Shown piece after piece: positions 1 through 11,900 of a stretch of 64,000 bases of DNA. The notes under the pieces were generated by a model that had not been told where the DNA came from, made no database searches, and was given only the letters and a program-made list of their open reading frames with translations. The position numbers and the translations under genes were made by a program. Position 1 is the stretch's first letter; every line of letters starts with the position of its first letter. The DNA comes from Gordius albopunctatus. Taxonomy: Eukaryota. The stretch spans positions 3,596,001-3,660,000 of the forward strand of contig OZ193910.1 in the NCBI GenBank assembly GCA_964276515.1, read 5' to 3'.

Positions 1-1027
1 TTTTCAATTCATAATTATAGTAATCTTTACAATTATCTTGAAAATGCTGATCTTGTTTACATATAATATAACTAACTTAATATTTTTTATCTCGATCCAT
101 GTTTTTAAATAAATAGAGATAAAACTCAAAAATGTTCAATCCATTGCATAAGAAAGTTGGTTTTATTAATGGTGGCGGCTGATTGATAAAAAAAGTGAGA
201 TAAAAAGGGTTGCAAATGCAACCCCTCTCCCACTTTTACTAAACCGACAAGATCGTTAATAAATAGAAACAGTGGTTGAATGTATGTAAAATTTACGATT
301 ATGTGGTTCAAAACGTAAGCACCTAAAGCGTTTCAATTGTAATAGAATTATCTAATTACAAATATATTCTCAAAAGGGTATAATTATGATAAGTGAAACA
401 GAATTTATAATCAAATCAAAAAAGAGCCACATTATTCATATTTATTCTGCCAAGGAAATTCAACTTAAAATCGGAAAATACAAATTAAACAATTAACTTC
501 GGTATTCAAATTTATTAATTATTTTTAAAATTAAAAGAAAGTAATTTTAACTTTAACAGTTACTAAAATAATAATCCCAACTACACTTACAATTCCCCTA
601 CAATTCAAATAACCATTTACGGTTACATTAAATTTTTTCCAACTAATATAAATATTTTAAAGACTTTGAAATTTGCCTTGAAATTGAACGTCACCTACAG
701 GTTACACTGGCATGATAAAGTCAACAACATAATCCGAAACGACAACAAAACTCCTATTTTTTATGACTATCGAATATTGAAACGTTTCACTAAATAAATA
801 TTAATTATGTACACTTTTGATAGCAGAATAACACACATTTTACATATCGAAATATCTTAAAAACATTGGAATTAAATGGGGCCAATAATTATTTAAGGAG
901 GGGCAAAATGATCATTTTTGAAATTTTAACCGTGACTTTAATAAATTTCAACAAAATTTTGGGGCAACCGCCCCCCCCCCCCGCCCGCCTAACCCCATGT
1001 ATAGATATGCCAAACAAGTTAAAATAA

Positions 1028-3114
1028 TCATTCGTTGGAAGTTCCAGGACTATTTGCCGTATCATTTAGGACATGGACAAAATCCCCATTTTCAGTTCCA
1101 AGCATAAAAGAGGAATTTGTGTGCGGGTTGACGGCTATAGCTGTAATGGCAGATTGAATAACTACTTGACTTAGCTCAGATGTGGCAATAGGTCGCCATG
1201 TCTTTATAATCCCTCCACTTTGGGCGTTGTAAATGTAAACTTTGCCATCGCTACTACCTGATAGCAGATATTTACCGTCGGCTGTTTGATCCATGCCTAT
1301 GGCGTAACCTTCTACCTGAATGAGAGATTAGAATTAAATATTACTAACAAAATCGTGAAATAGTTAGGATATATTTGCTTTGCAATTATTATAAGTAAAC
1401 TTTTTTAATAGAATTATATTGGCCCAGTAGAGTTGTTAAATAGCTTGCGTAAGCAATGCTCACTATGTGCTTTGCTGGAGCACGCACACTGAGCTGTTTA
1501 ATATGCTCGTTAGCACGAGTGCTCTCTGTTATGTGCAGTAGGCAGAACAGTAGCATATAAAAATGCTCGAGAGGCGAGTCAAATCAGAAAAATCTGTTCA
1601 AGCATTGACCCGATTGCCCGAGCATTAAACTTGAGCAGATAGCAAATTTAATAGAAGCAATTGCTACAAGTTAGTAACTTTAAATATTTGTTCATATTAT
1701 ATGCCATAAATAAATTAATAACTTTGTCCCCTCTCTTTTTTGTCCCGTTGGTTTCACATTTTAAGTTAAATAATTATAAATATTTTTTAATTAAGTCATT
1801 TTCAGCAACTTAATATAATCAAGGCAGTATATCTAGGTAAGGTTTTTCATAATACCCTATGTCCTTGATATCTTTTATGTTTGTTCATTTTGTATGGAGC
1901 ATTAGCTTGAAATATCGCAACATAATTTCCATTGGACTGGGCATAAAATTCTTTTTTATTTTTGGCCAAGCTCAACTTTGGGCAGGTGTATTTTTCCTAA
2001 CAACATTTTTAAGATAATTATAAAGAATTTAACATAAACATGCTAAAAATGCAAACAAGGTTTATTCATTTCTTTATGACTTTTACAGTTAAATTTATTT
2101 ATAATGAGACAAAATTGAAATTTTGTGGAGCACTTCACAATATTACATGTTCAAGTAGTCAATACAAAAATTTAAAATGCATTCTCAATGTTACAAAAAA
2201 TTCTCAAATTCATCAAACTATAAATAAATTCCAAAACATATATTTAGTGTCTTTTCATGGATGTCAATCGATAGAAAGGGCATATAAGTATTATAGTTAA
2301 AAGATAATTATTTTGTCATAATATAGTGTTTTACCTTATATATTTGATTTGACATTATGACTTTAGTCCTAAAGTCCCATGCAAGAATATTATGTTCAGT
2401 AGCATCTCTAGAAACTGAATCCCCTGAATTAATAAAAGTTTCACAATCTGGCAAGAATATAGTATCTAACGACTATTTATCCAACTTATATATTATGTTA
2501 AATACTACTAACATTTCCAAACAAAGCATGATAGTTTTTTTCTGGGTTTTTGTTGGATCTGATATCCCAACAAACTAGTTCATTGTATGACCCTAAAACT
2601 ACTAGATTATCATTAAGTGGATGAATTGCCAATGAGGTAAGATACTTAGGAAAATTAAAACAGATCTTAGCAGAGCCTTAGAAAATTTTAACTTTAATTA
2701 ATAGTATTAGATACCTGATTCGACATCAAAAATCACAGCATTTCTACAATAAGAAGTGCATACAATGTTTTCATTTGATTTTAACCATAAGGCTTTACTG
2801 ACTCCCTTATCAAATTTGAAACTTTGCAATTTTACAACATTTCTGGTATTCCAAATTTCCAGTGATCCATCCAGTGATGAAATGAGGCATAAGTCATAAT
2901 AACTGTAGCTCCAATCTATAGTAGATATTTTTGCATTGTATTTGTAGAAATGTTTAGTAGTTAGGTGGGAAAAGTTAACCCGATCCTTAACCAAGTTATT
3001 GCGTCTTTCGGGAAAACAAAATGTAGACCCAGTATGACAAAATGTGTTAAATTTTTCATCTTCATCGATTTTTGAACGTTTGCGCTTAGACACATATGGC
3101 TTGCATATGTTCAT
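1028..3114 (-). CDS. WDR25: WD repeat-containing protein 25 (5 exons, ~376 aa)
   Basis: Phase-consistent GT-AG exons 3114-2715, 2676-2513, 2472-2335, 1996-1856, 1315-1028 (1131 nt). The spliced product reads ...SLDTIFLPDCETFINSGDSVSRDATEHNILAWDFRTKVIMSNQIYK|EKYTCPKLSL...FYAQSNGNYVAIF...PYKMNKHKRYQGHR|VEGYAIGM..., matching the WDR25 signature as recalled (IIAWDFRT..SNQIFHERFTCP..AQTNGNY..RYEGHKVEGY). Confidence 0.9.
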
Positions 3115-3539
3115 ATAGAATATAACCAGATAATAGCGGATTCACACCTAATTTTTTGTGATATAAGCTAAATCCCGAAACCGCACAATCTCGAAGCTAC
3201 GATAATGCTATTGCTACGATTTTCAAATTTCCATATGTTTTTAATAATCATATTTAATTAACCCCTGCACCAAGTAACATAGTATAGCTTTATTTATGAA
3301 ATTTAGCATCAAATGGAAAACTAAATGGAACAAATACCAAACTTGTTGAAAACATCTCTAATATTATAAGGGATCCACAGGGTGATGATCAACCAACCCC
3401 TGCAATAGTTGAAAATTCACAAAGTAGATTTGTTTAGTTTTAATTATTATAACCCCCAAATAATTTAGATATATAATTTTTGCCATCCCAAAAAGGAAAG
3501 ACAATCTTGATGCTCAATGATTATCTATATGTCGGATGC

Positions 3540-3775
3540 CATTAATAATAATCCTTTGGAATCAATATCCACTACCCTTACAGCAATAGGTCCTAAAACC
3601 CAAGCCCTTCTGAAAAAATTGGGACGCCGTATAGCTGCCAATACCCTTGACAATAGGGAAACGTTTTTCCTTAAACAGAAAATCGGAATCATTATTTGTC
3701 ATTTCAACGCTATCGCAATTTTTGAATGTTTACCTCGAATATGATTTTTATACTTTCATTTAATAAAAATAATAT
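3540..3775 (+). mobile_element. 3' fragment of a CRE-type (restriction-like endonuclease) non-LTR retrotransposon
   Basis: ORF 3517-3744 ends TLTAIGPKTQALLKKLGRRIAANTLDNRETFFLKQKIGIIICHFNAIAIFECLP, like the CRE C-terminus pattern (G..A..FLK.LG.R....GD.R...FL.QRI.IA.Q..NA..I...LP). It is followed by AATAAA and an A-rich tail. Confidence 0.65.
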
Positions 3776-5249
3776 TTAAAATTTTTTTTGCATTTAACTA
3801 AACATTTTTATTTATAATTGTGATTTGCCTTCCCAAATAGTTTTTCTAAAGCATTTATTATTTATACAAATGATACTTCTTAGACCATCTCGTTTCACAG
3901 CAAGCAATGAGGTTTGGTCGTAATTTTTCCAGATAGCTGATTGATGAAAAAATTTTAATTATGAATAGAAGCTATTGAATTCAAATCATTTAAAACGAGA
4001 TTTATTTTTCATGTTTGTCACTAATTAGTTTTTGAAGTCCATGATTTTTACCAGCCATAGAATGATTCTTGAGTTAAGAAAGAATCAATTGTTCGTGCTA
4101 TTAACCTGCATCGATGTTCTTCGACCTATAAAATCTTCTCAAATAATATCTTTCTCTATCTCAAAAAAACTTGTTCTTTACCTAAAACGTCAACTGGTTC
4201 ATCTACCAAAATCTAATAGGCTTATGATTTTTTGCATCTTTAGATAATAACTTTTGCACCATATTTTGACACAAAATAATATTTCATTTTAAATTTGAGG
4301 GGGCAGATATGTAGACATTTTTTTTAATTTATCTTGTAAATGTATCCTTAAATCATTGTCTCCAGAATTTATTCTTAGCTCTATTAAATCATTAAATTAC
4401 TTCTTTATTTAATAAATTAAGCTTTTTACATTCATAACTAGTAAACGTTTGGATAAATTGACTATAACATATAAATTTGAAGCATGAAGTTTAATAAACT
4501 ATTTGCAAAAAAATTTATCGCATAATTTGAATCTGAACCCGATATTAAGACAAGTCCTAAATCTGATATTTTAGATTTCTCATGGATTTATGTCTCTAAG
4601 GGCTAAATTATGGGTTGCACAGAATATTATTATAGATAATTTATTAATCCATAAAAGAAGTTGGATATTAATAGGCACATTATCTACAAAAGCTGTTGTC
4701 ATGGTGGACTTTACGACATTCATCAAATTTTTTATACCGTATAAATGGTTTCGCAAAACTCGACTCTTAAGCTCCTTGCACGTGGATGGTGTCGTAATTT
4801 TGTATTTACAATATTAATATATAAAATTTTATTATAAACAAATATATAATCTAATAAACATCGTTTACATATCCTTTGTACACTGTTGATTAATAATGAG
4901 CTTTTATGTGGGTTGAGGCCAAAGAATAGCAAAATATTTTAATTACTAACGTTAAATACCAAAAAAAGGTCGCACTTAGTCTCGGCGAATTTTTTTGCTC
5001 GCTCCCCCCTAATCCGAAAGCTGGCTACGCCCATTTTGACATTTAATAAGATGTTTAAAATAGAAGGTACCGGACATTAGACTTCATATACCTGTTGGGA
5101 CTAGCGTTCTTATGTAATTATTTTTCAGCAGATTATGCGGATATCCTGATTTGGTTATTAACTCTTTTATATTTTTAACGTCAAATTATCCTTATCATTT
5201 CATTTCGGATATATTAATTGTAAGTACTCATGCCATAGGTTAGGCAATA

Positions 5250-5928
5250 TCTTCTTTATCAGTAATTTGGTCCCACATTGGTGGGGTTTGTTTTGATAAG
5301 TTTCTTCCATCTTGACCGGGTGAGTGCCATGTCTTGACTAATCTTTTTAATTTCCATAACTTTATCGACTTGCTCTTTCCACGTGACATGGGGTCGGTCG
5401 TCCTCTTCTCTCTTCACCTGTACCTCCATGTCCAGTACTTTTCGATTTACGTCATCCGTGTCCCTTCTTAGTATATGCCCATACCACCTTAGCCGATTTT
5501 TGTTAATCATGTCCGCCATAGGTGAATACCCATTTTCGTCATGAGAAAGTCATTCGTCATATGGTCGAGCTTAGTATACCCTAAGCTACACCGTATCATT
5601 CTCATCTCTGTGGCTTGTAATAGCTTTCCTTCCGTAGTGTTTAATGCCCATGTTTCACTTCCATAGAGTAACACGGGTCTTACGATGGATTTGTAAGCTT
5701 TGCTCTTCAGCCATATTGGCATTTTCTTGTCGCACATTACACCGGATATACTTCGCCATTTAAGCCATCTTTTTTAGATCCGGGAATTGACTTCCGTTGC
5801 GAAACCTCCCTCTTGATGTAGCATTGAGCCGAAATAAGTAAACCTGTCTACTTTTGGGTACTTTAGATGGTCATCCAGTGATGGGGTGCCTGTACCGTTC
5901 ATTTCCATGTATAAAGTTTTTCGGTCAC
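5250..5928 (-). mobile_element. RTE-clade LINE, 5'-truncated and frameshifted (family A)
   Basis: RT C-terminal motifs FTYFGS, RPVLLYGSETW, EMRMIR, RLRWYGHILR, and a (GAA)n 3' tail. Near-identical to the copy at 19612-20542. Confidence 0.9.
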
Positions 5929-5934
5929 TTTTAG

Positions 5935-6311
5935 TGGTCCGCTCCTTCAAGTAGGTTCTCCATACATTCCTGTACTTACACCAACTTCGCTTTAGCTCGT
6001 ATATTCTCAAGTCTATATCTATTTTATGTTTCCATGTAAGATTAGGCCTCCCTCTTTTTGCTTATCTTCGACTTGCACTTTCTTGCTACGATTTGCAAGG
6101 TCACTTTCCTCCCGTCTCTCCAAATGGCCATATCTCAATCTTCTTACCACCAACTTTTTCTGAGTCTGAAACACATTTATTTTATCCCTTATGTCTTGAT
6201 TCCTTATATAGTCCCTTTTGATTATTCTTAAGATTCATCTTACATTCGCATCTCAATTGTAGCCATGCTTTGCTCTTCTTTTGCCTTAATTGCTCAGGTT
6301 TCTGCTCCAGA
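5935..6311 (-). mobile_element. RTE-clade LINE 3' fragment (family B), degenerate
   Basis: The reverse complement resembles 6990-7162 (GAETWAI..EEQSLAT.EMRM) and continues into a RLRYGHLERR / KRGRP-type 3' region. Confidence 0.75.
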
Positions 6312-6929
6312 CAAGTTGCAATTTTTGCAAACATAAACACAAAAAACGACATTCTCGCCATCCATTGTAGACTTAAATTTTAAAAAATATCACTCAAACA
6401 AAACAAATTTGGTCTTATCTTAAATTGAAAATGCTCAAAATTATTTTTAATTTTTATAACCAAAATATATTAAAATGCTAAAACAAACGCATCAATATAG
6501 AATGTATCCGCTCTATTATTGCGCTTAATTGCTTTATATATGAAATTAAAATGATAGATAGGGGTGGCCTAATGATATTTCAAAAAGTGATTGTTGAATA
6601 AATTAGTTCCAACAGCACAAAAATCAACAAAACGCAATTACTTTTAAAGTAACGGAATTTGAATGTACACGATTTTCCTATCATCTCACACTTCTATTCC
6701 ACCGTCTGATATTATTACATTTTAATACATGTTCAAAAGGTGTATATAACCAATTCATTATAAGGTGTAATCCCATTGATCGGTTTTTTGTTCCTACTAC
6801 ACCTCTATTATTTATAGGTAACTCCTCTTGTATCTTTTTGATAATTTACACTTTCAGGAAACACGATTTTTAAGTTCAAATTCGCATATAGGCTGCTTAT
6901 AAGGGGAGTGAGTACTAGAGTTTATTCAG

Positions 6930-7165
6930 GGAGTTGAGTGGGGTCCTATGTGACAAGCACATACCCCTCAAATTGAAAACCCACGGTATTGTGTGGAGCG
7001 GAAACCTGGGCAATCAGGGAAAAAGAGGAGCAAAGCTTGGCTACAATGGAGATGCGAATGTTGAGATGGATCTTGGGAATAATCAAAAGGGACTATATAA
7101 GGAATCAAGACGAAAGGGATAAAATAAATGTGGTTCAGATTCAGAAAAAGTTGGTGGTAAGAATA
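6930..7165 (+). mobile_element. RTE-clade LINE fragment (family B)
   Basis: SGVLCDKHIPLKLK and CGAETWAIREKEEQSLATMEMRMLRWILG, typical of the RTE RT C-terminus. Confidence 0.8.
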
Positions 7166-7349
7166 TGTACGGCTCTTGGCTAAGCCTTGACATAATTTAA
7201 TGTTTCATTAATAAAAGTGGAATGTGGAACAAAGTTGATGTTTAACCGAGTTTGAATTGACCATTGCAAAGGTTGTTTGGGATGAATATGAAATTTCCAA
7301 CAGCTGTTTGTCACACTAAGGAGGCCTATTTCTTAAGATATTTGGATAA

Positions 7350-7497
7350 GGGGTGACGCTCGGCTATCCAGGCCTCCCAGCCGTGACGATGTGATATATT
7401 TTATATCTTTTCGAAAAAAAGTGCTGAAAGCGGGATTTGAACCGGCGAGCTCTTGTTCAAAGACAAAGCCTATTCCAACCACGCCCCAAGCCCCATC
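7350..7497 (-). mobile_element. tRNA-derived SINE (tRNA-Gln-like head) or tRNA pseudogene
   Basis: The minus strand reads GGGGCTTGGGGCGTGGTTGGAATAGGCTTTGTCTTTGAACAAGAGCTCGCCGGTTCAAATCCCGC. It has an A-box-like segment, a B-box GGTTCAAATCC and a TTG-containing loop, but a poor acceptor stem. A T-run and a GC-rich body follow. Confidence 0.55.
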
Positions 7498-8913
7498 TTG
7501 TTAGGATGAATTTAATGAGAAATATTGTCAATAAGCATGGTTTATAAGCTGTTAAAATTAAACATATATAAGACTAAGTGTTGAAGAAATTAACATTGTT
7601 TTATGGTATTATTTTCACAAAATAGTTGGATGTAGAATATCGTGAAAAGCATAGTTTTCTAGATATGGCACGCCAGAGACAATAATAATACATTTTAATG
7701 AGAAATAATGTTCCACCAAAAGCGTAATTACAAATTTATAATATATTTGAAATAAAATCTTTAATAAATGCCACAGTCTACTAAATTACACAAGCATGCA
7801 TGTTCGTACCAGGCCCATACGTCTGAAAGTTAAGTATAATATAAATAAGGGAATTACGGTTAAATCGATAATTTTGCCCTACCTAATATACCATTAAATT
7901 ATTATTTTTATGCTCATTACAAGCCTCCAAAAATATCCATGACTAGTAAAAATATAAATTTTATTCTAATATTATAAAACATCTAATATTTGTTATCAAG
8001 TTTTACAATAAAAATTTAAAAACTTTCCCCTGAATACCTCCTATATTAATTAGATCTCATGAATTAATGTACGTAGCCCTACATAATATAAATTTGTCTT
8101 TAAAGCTCTTGACCTTGAGTAATTAATTAATTATTATTATTAAATAGCTACCTATGCTGGCTAGAGTTTTACTGGCTGGCATAAATCGGCATCGCTTACC
8201 TTCATCGATACTACATTTTTTCCTCACTGCATAAATCATTCTTCTCGTTTGTCAGCAATCCCGCTCCTTATGACGTCATAGTATTTCCCTTTCTCAAACC
8301 CATTTAGCCAGTACATTGTGTGGTTAAAAGCTTTTTGATAAAAGGCATTAGAACCGGGAGTTATTAGCTCGCTTTAGCGATAAAAAACATAAATCAGAGC
8401 AATGTCATTCAGTCCATATTTAAAATTGATCGCTGTATTTGGCTAATTTACATGACACATCGTAAACAAAAGAGTGTTATGGGGAATAAGTCCTTGATCT
8501 GTTCATTCGAAATGGCAGGTATGTTGAATTTTTGGCTGTCGTAAGTAGGCTAAAACCTAATCAATATCAAAAGGGATATGAAACCTTTTTGGCGTGCTAG
8601 CCCCCCCCCCCCACTCCCTCAAATCAAATTTCGGTTAGAAAAGGGATAATAGGACCTCATTGCAATTTTACAAGGAGCGGGCTACTCTTATTGATTTTCC
8701 GTATTTAAATCAAAACAACCATTAGCTTCAGAGTCCTGCATACATATGAAATAAATTAAACAAACTGAACTAACCACATGAATCTCCTTTCACAACTCGA
8801 AAAAATTTATGGAATATTCAAAGCGCTATGCGCATCATAAAGTCACCATTATATCGTTATAAAAAGGCATTATGAATGTGATAAAGGAAATGATGGATCC
8901 TATTTAGGTCAAA

Positions 8914-11900
8914 ATGGGGACAGCATGCAGTGTGAATTGTCAAGAAAACGTCAAAAATATAAGTCCTAGCCATGTTTGCCCTGTGCTTAAAGGTAGTTTA
9001 AAGCTTTTTTGTATCATAACACAGCATTAAAAGGTTATGTTTACCAGATTACCCGGCATGAATGTTTATTATTATTGCCTCTTATTATTCGAATAAATAA
9101 GAAAAATTGCAATGTTACATATAATATATTCATACAGACAATTCTTTTCTCCAAAATTTTATTTAAAACTATTTAATAACCCCGAACTCCACCTAAAATC
9201 ATATATCTTGACCATGTATGTTTAAGCTTTTGGTAACTTTTACCCTGAGCGTAGTCAGGATTGGAATTACAGGATTGTCAAAATAAATTTTTAGTAATTT
9301 TAGCCGTTAATATATTAAATTTTGAAGAATTTTTTAATTTAGAGAGGGCAGCCGCCTTTCCCTGCCCCCTCTCCGGCTATGCCTATGACTTTTACTGTAC
9401 TGTTATTATACTCATTTATGAAATAATCAATTTGATCTCGTATCTAGATAAAATCATATGTCACGCTGTGGCACTCAAAAAATTGATTTCCAGAAAATCG
9501 GGATCTAGGAATAGCGTGGGGAGCGATCCACAGCCATTCAAATCTTCGACTTCTACCCTAACAAAATTTCCTCACCTTTATGAAATAATGAGACAAAGCG
9601 GGGTTTTTGGGTCCATGTTGATACCAGTTATAGGGCAAAATTACAGTTATTCCGATCACAGCATTTCCACTCAGAAGGCATCTTATACCAATGACCAATT
9701 ATCAACATCATCGCCCGTCAAAAGCAAACCTAAACCCACCATTATATTTATCTTCGGTGAAATTTTTTAGGACTTACGATAAAAATATTCGATATATATT
9801 GAAAGTGGAGATATATAAAGTTTAAATAGACGCTATCATGACCAATTAGTACTACTTTTTCATTTTGGAGTAGTTTATATGGTTTAAAAATTAAATTAGG
9901 GAAGTCTGGCAGGACAATTGTTTCAGCTGTTTACGTTGGAGACACGACAAATCCGCCTGAAAGCAGTGCACATTTTTTGATTTTTTAGGCACGTTAAGGT
10001 AATAATATAAGTTCGGCTTGAATTTATTCAACATTATTGGACATTAATAGGTTTAGTTTATTTTTAAATGCGCATTTATCTCCTATCTAAATATCATTTC
10101 AATATACGTCCTTTAATTGCAGGAAAAGAGATCATTAAATTTGTTTAACGGGGGAAAAGTTAATATGTAAAATTTTATTATAGGCTTATAATTTAAAATT
10201 GATATTTCATTAAAGTAGTTGTGTAAGTATTTTTAGTAATAGGCCGTATATAATTAAGTTTAATTTATAGAAAATTTTAAAACATTCTTTATTGTCTTGA
10301 CCTGACCTATTGTATTTGAAAAATTTATTTATGAGAATTCGGAAAGATACTATCGATGTATTTTGAAATAAAGGTGGACCAGGATCTTTCAAAAGCGAAA
10401 TAATAACGAATCTCTTGGACATGTTCGGATTTCATTTTATATCAGCCAACGATATTATTTTGGATTACATCTTGCCTAACTTAGATTCACAACTGCTTCC
10501 ATCTGAACTTAGAGAATACGCTGAAGTAATCAAAATTTGAATTTATAGGAATGCTTAGATTGTTAAAATAAAATACTATCATCGAAAATTATATTAAAAA
10601 AATTCAATAAATTTTACACACATGGAGTAAACAATTTTCTTTAAAATTCTGATTTAATTTTTTTTAGAAACTATGGCCTTAAATTTTTTGACGAAACTCA
10701 AAATATATCTTTTGCTGAAATCTTACTGAAAATTTTTAATTTGTCTTAATTTAGACGCACCGCTTTTTAACAGTTCGGTATTGTAGATAAATCGTATTTA
10801 ATCAATAATATTTAATAATCATATTTTAAGTGCACCGCGCATTAAGACATTAAGATTAGGAGCTCGGGACATGCCTATAAAATTAAAATAATTTAAAGTG
10901 GGGTAATTATGTACCCCAGCTAAATGAATTTAAAGTGCCGAAGGTCATTTCTTCAGTCATCATACTAATCAATATGAGCTTTGCATTTTAATCGCTTAGC
11001 TTTCTTTTTTTCCAAGGTTAAGACTGAGGCGGGGCACTTTTTAAAAATATTTACCGTAGAAAAATAAATAAATCAATCAATTATCCACGATTAATAATTA
11101 TTGATTGATTTGGTTTGGAGACAGTGATAAAAAGTGGGGAATTTATGCCGGAGAAACAACTATATATAAATGATTCATAAAAAATGGTGCAAAACGGCTT
11201 TTAATTATTCCTCGCTATTTTGTAAAGGCTAAAATTTTATGGTGTCGCCATTTAGATATGATCGATTTATGGCTGGAATCGTTATTTTTAAACAGTGTCT
11301 GACCATTTGAATTTAATGAAATAAGGCAACGCTTATATGCAATTTAATATGCTACACCTAGTTTTAACTGTAAATAAAACAAATTAAATTTAACTCTAAT
11401 ACTGATATAGCCACATGTGCGTAGACAAGAGACCTTGCCCCCCCCCCCTTTAAATGGAAAAATTTGTTAAAATTTATTAAAATTATGGCTAAAATTTTAA
11501 AAAATGATAATTTAGCCCCTTCCCTAAATCCTTATTACCCTCCTTTGATCCCAATGCTGGCTACACCTATGCCTAGCAGGATTTGTAGTAGAAGAAAGAA
11601 AAAAAGAGGACATGATATTATGAGAGGCAAAATGGAAATCTTTTAAAGATTATATATCATTATTAATTTTCTTATTTAGAAGTCTCCCTGGCTTTTCTAA
11701 AGTTTAGTGAAACATTTGCTTTTTTATATTATTTACTTAAACATTGATAAAACATTGAATTGTATGATTCAAAAGTGATTGTTTTAAATACAGGATTCTT
11801 CACAACAGTTTTCCTTACCCAACACTTTGGGGATAGTTAGTGACATTATTGAAGTTACATTAAACGAAGTACAAGAAACGAAAAAAACACATCAATCAAC

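Noticed and set aside
8148..10000. Stop-codon reassignment or readthrough, suggested by coding-looking stretches with stops
   Set aside because: All three genes translate cleanly with the standard code once spliced. These stretches are intronic, UTR or decayed sequence.
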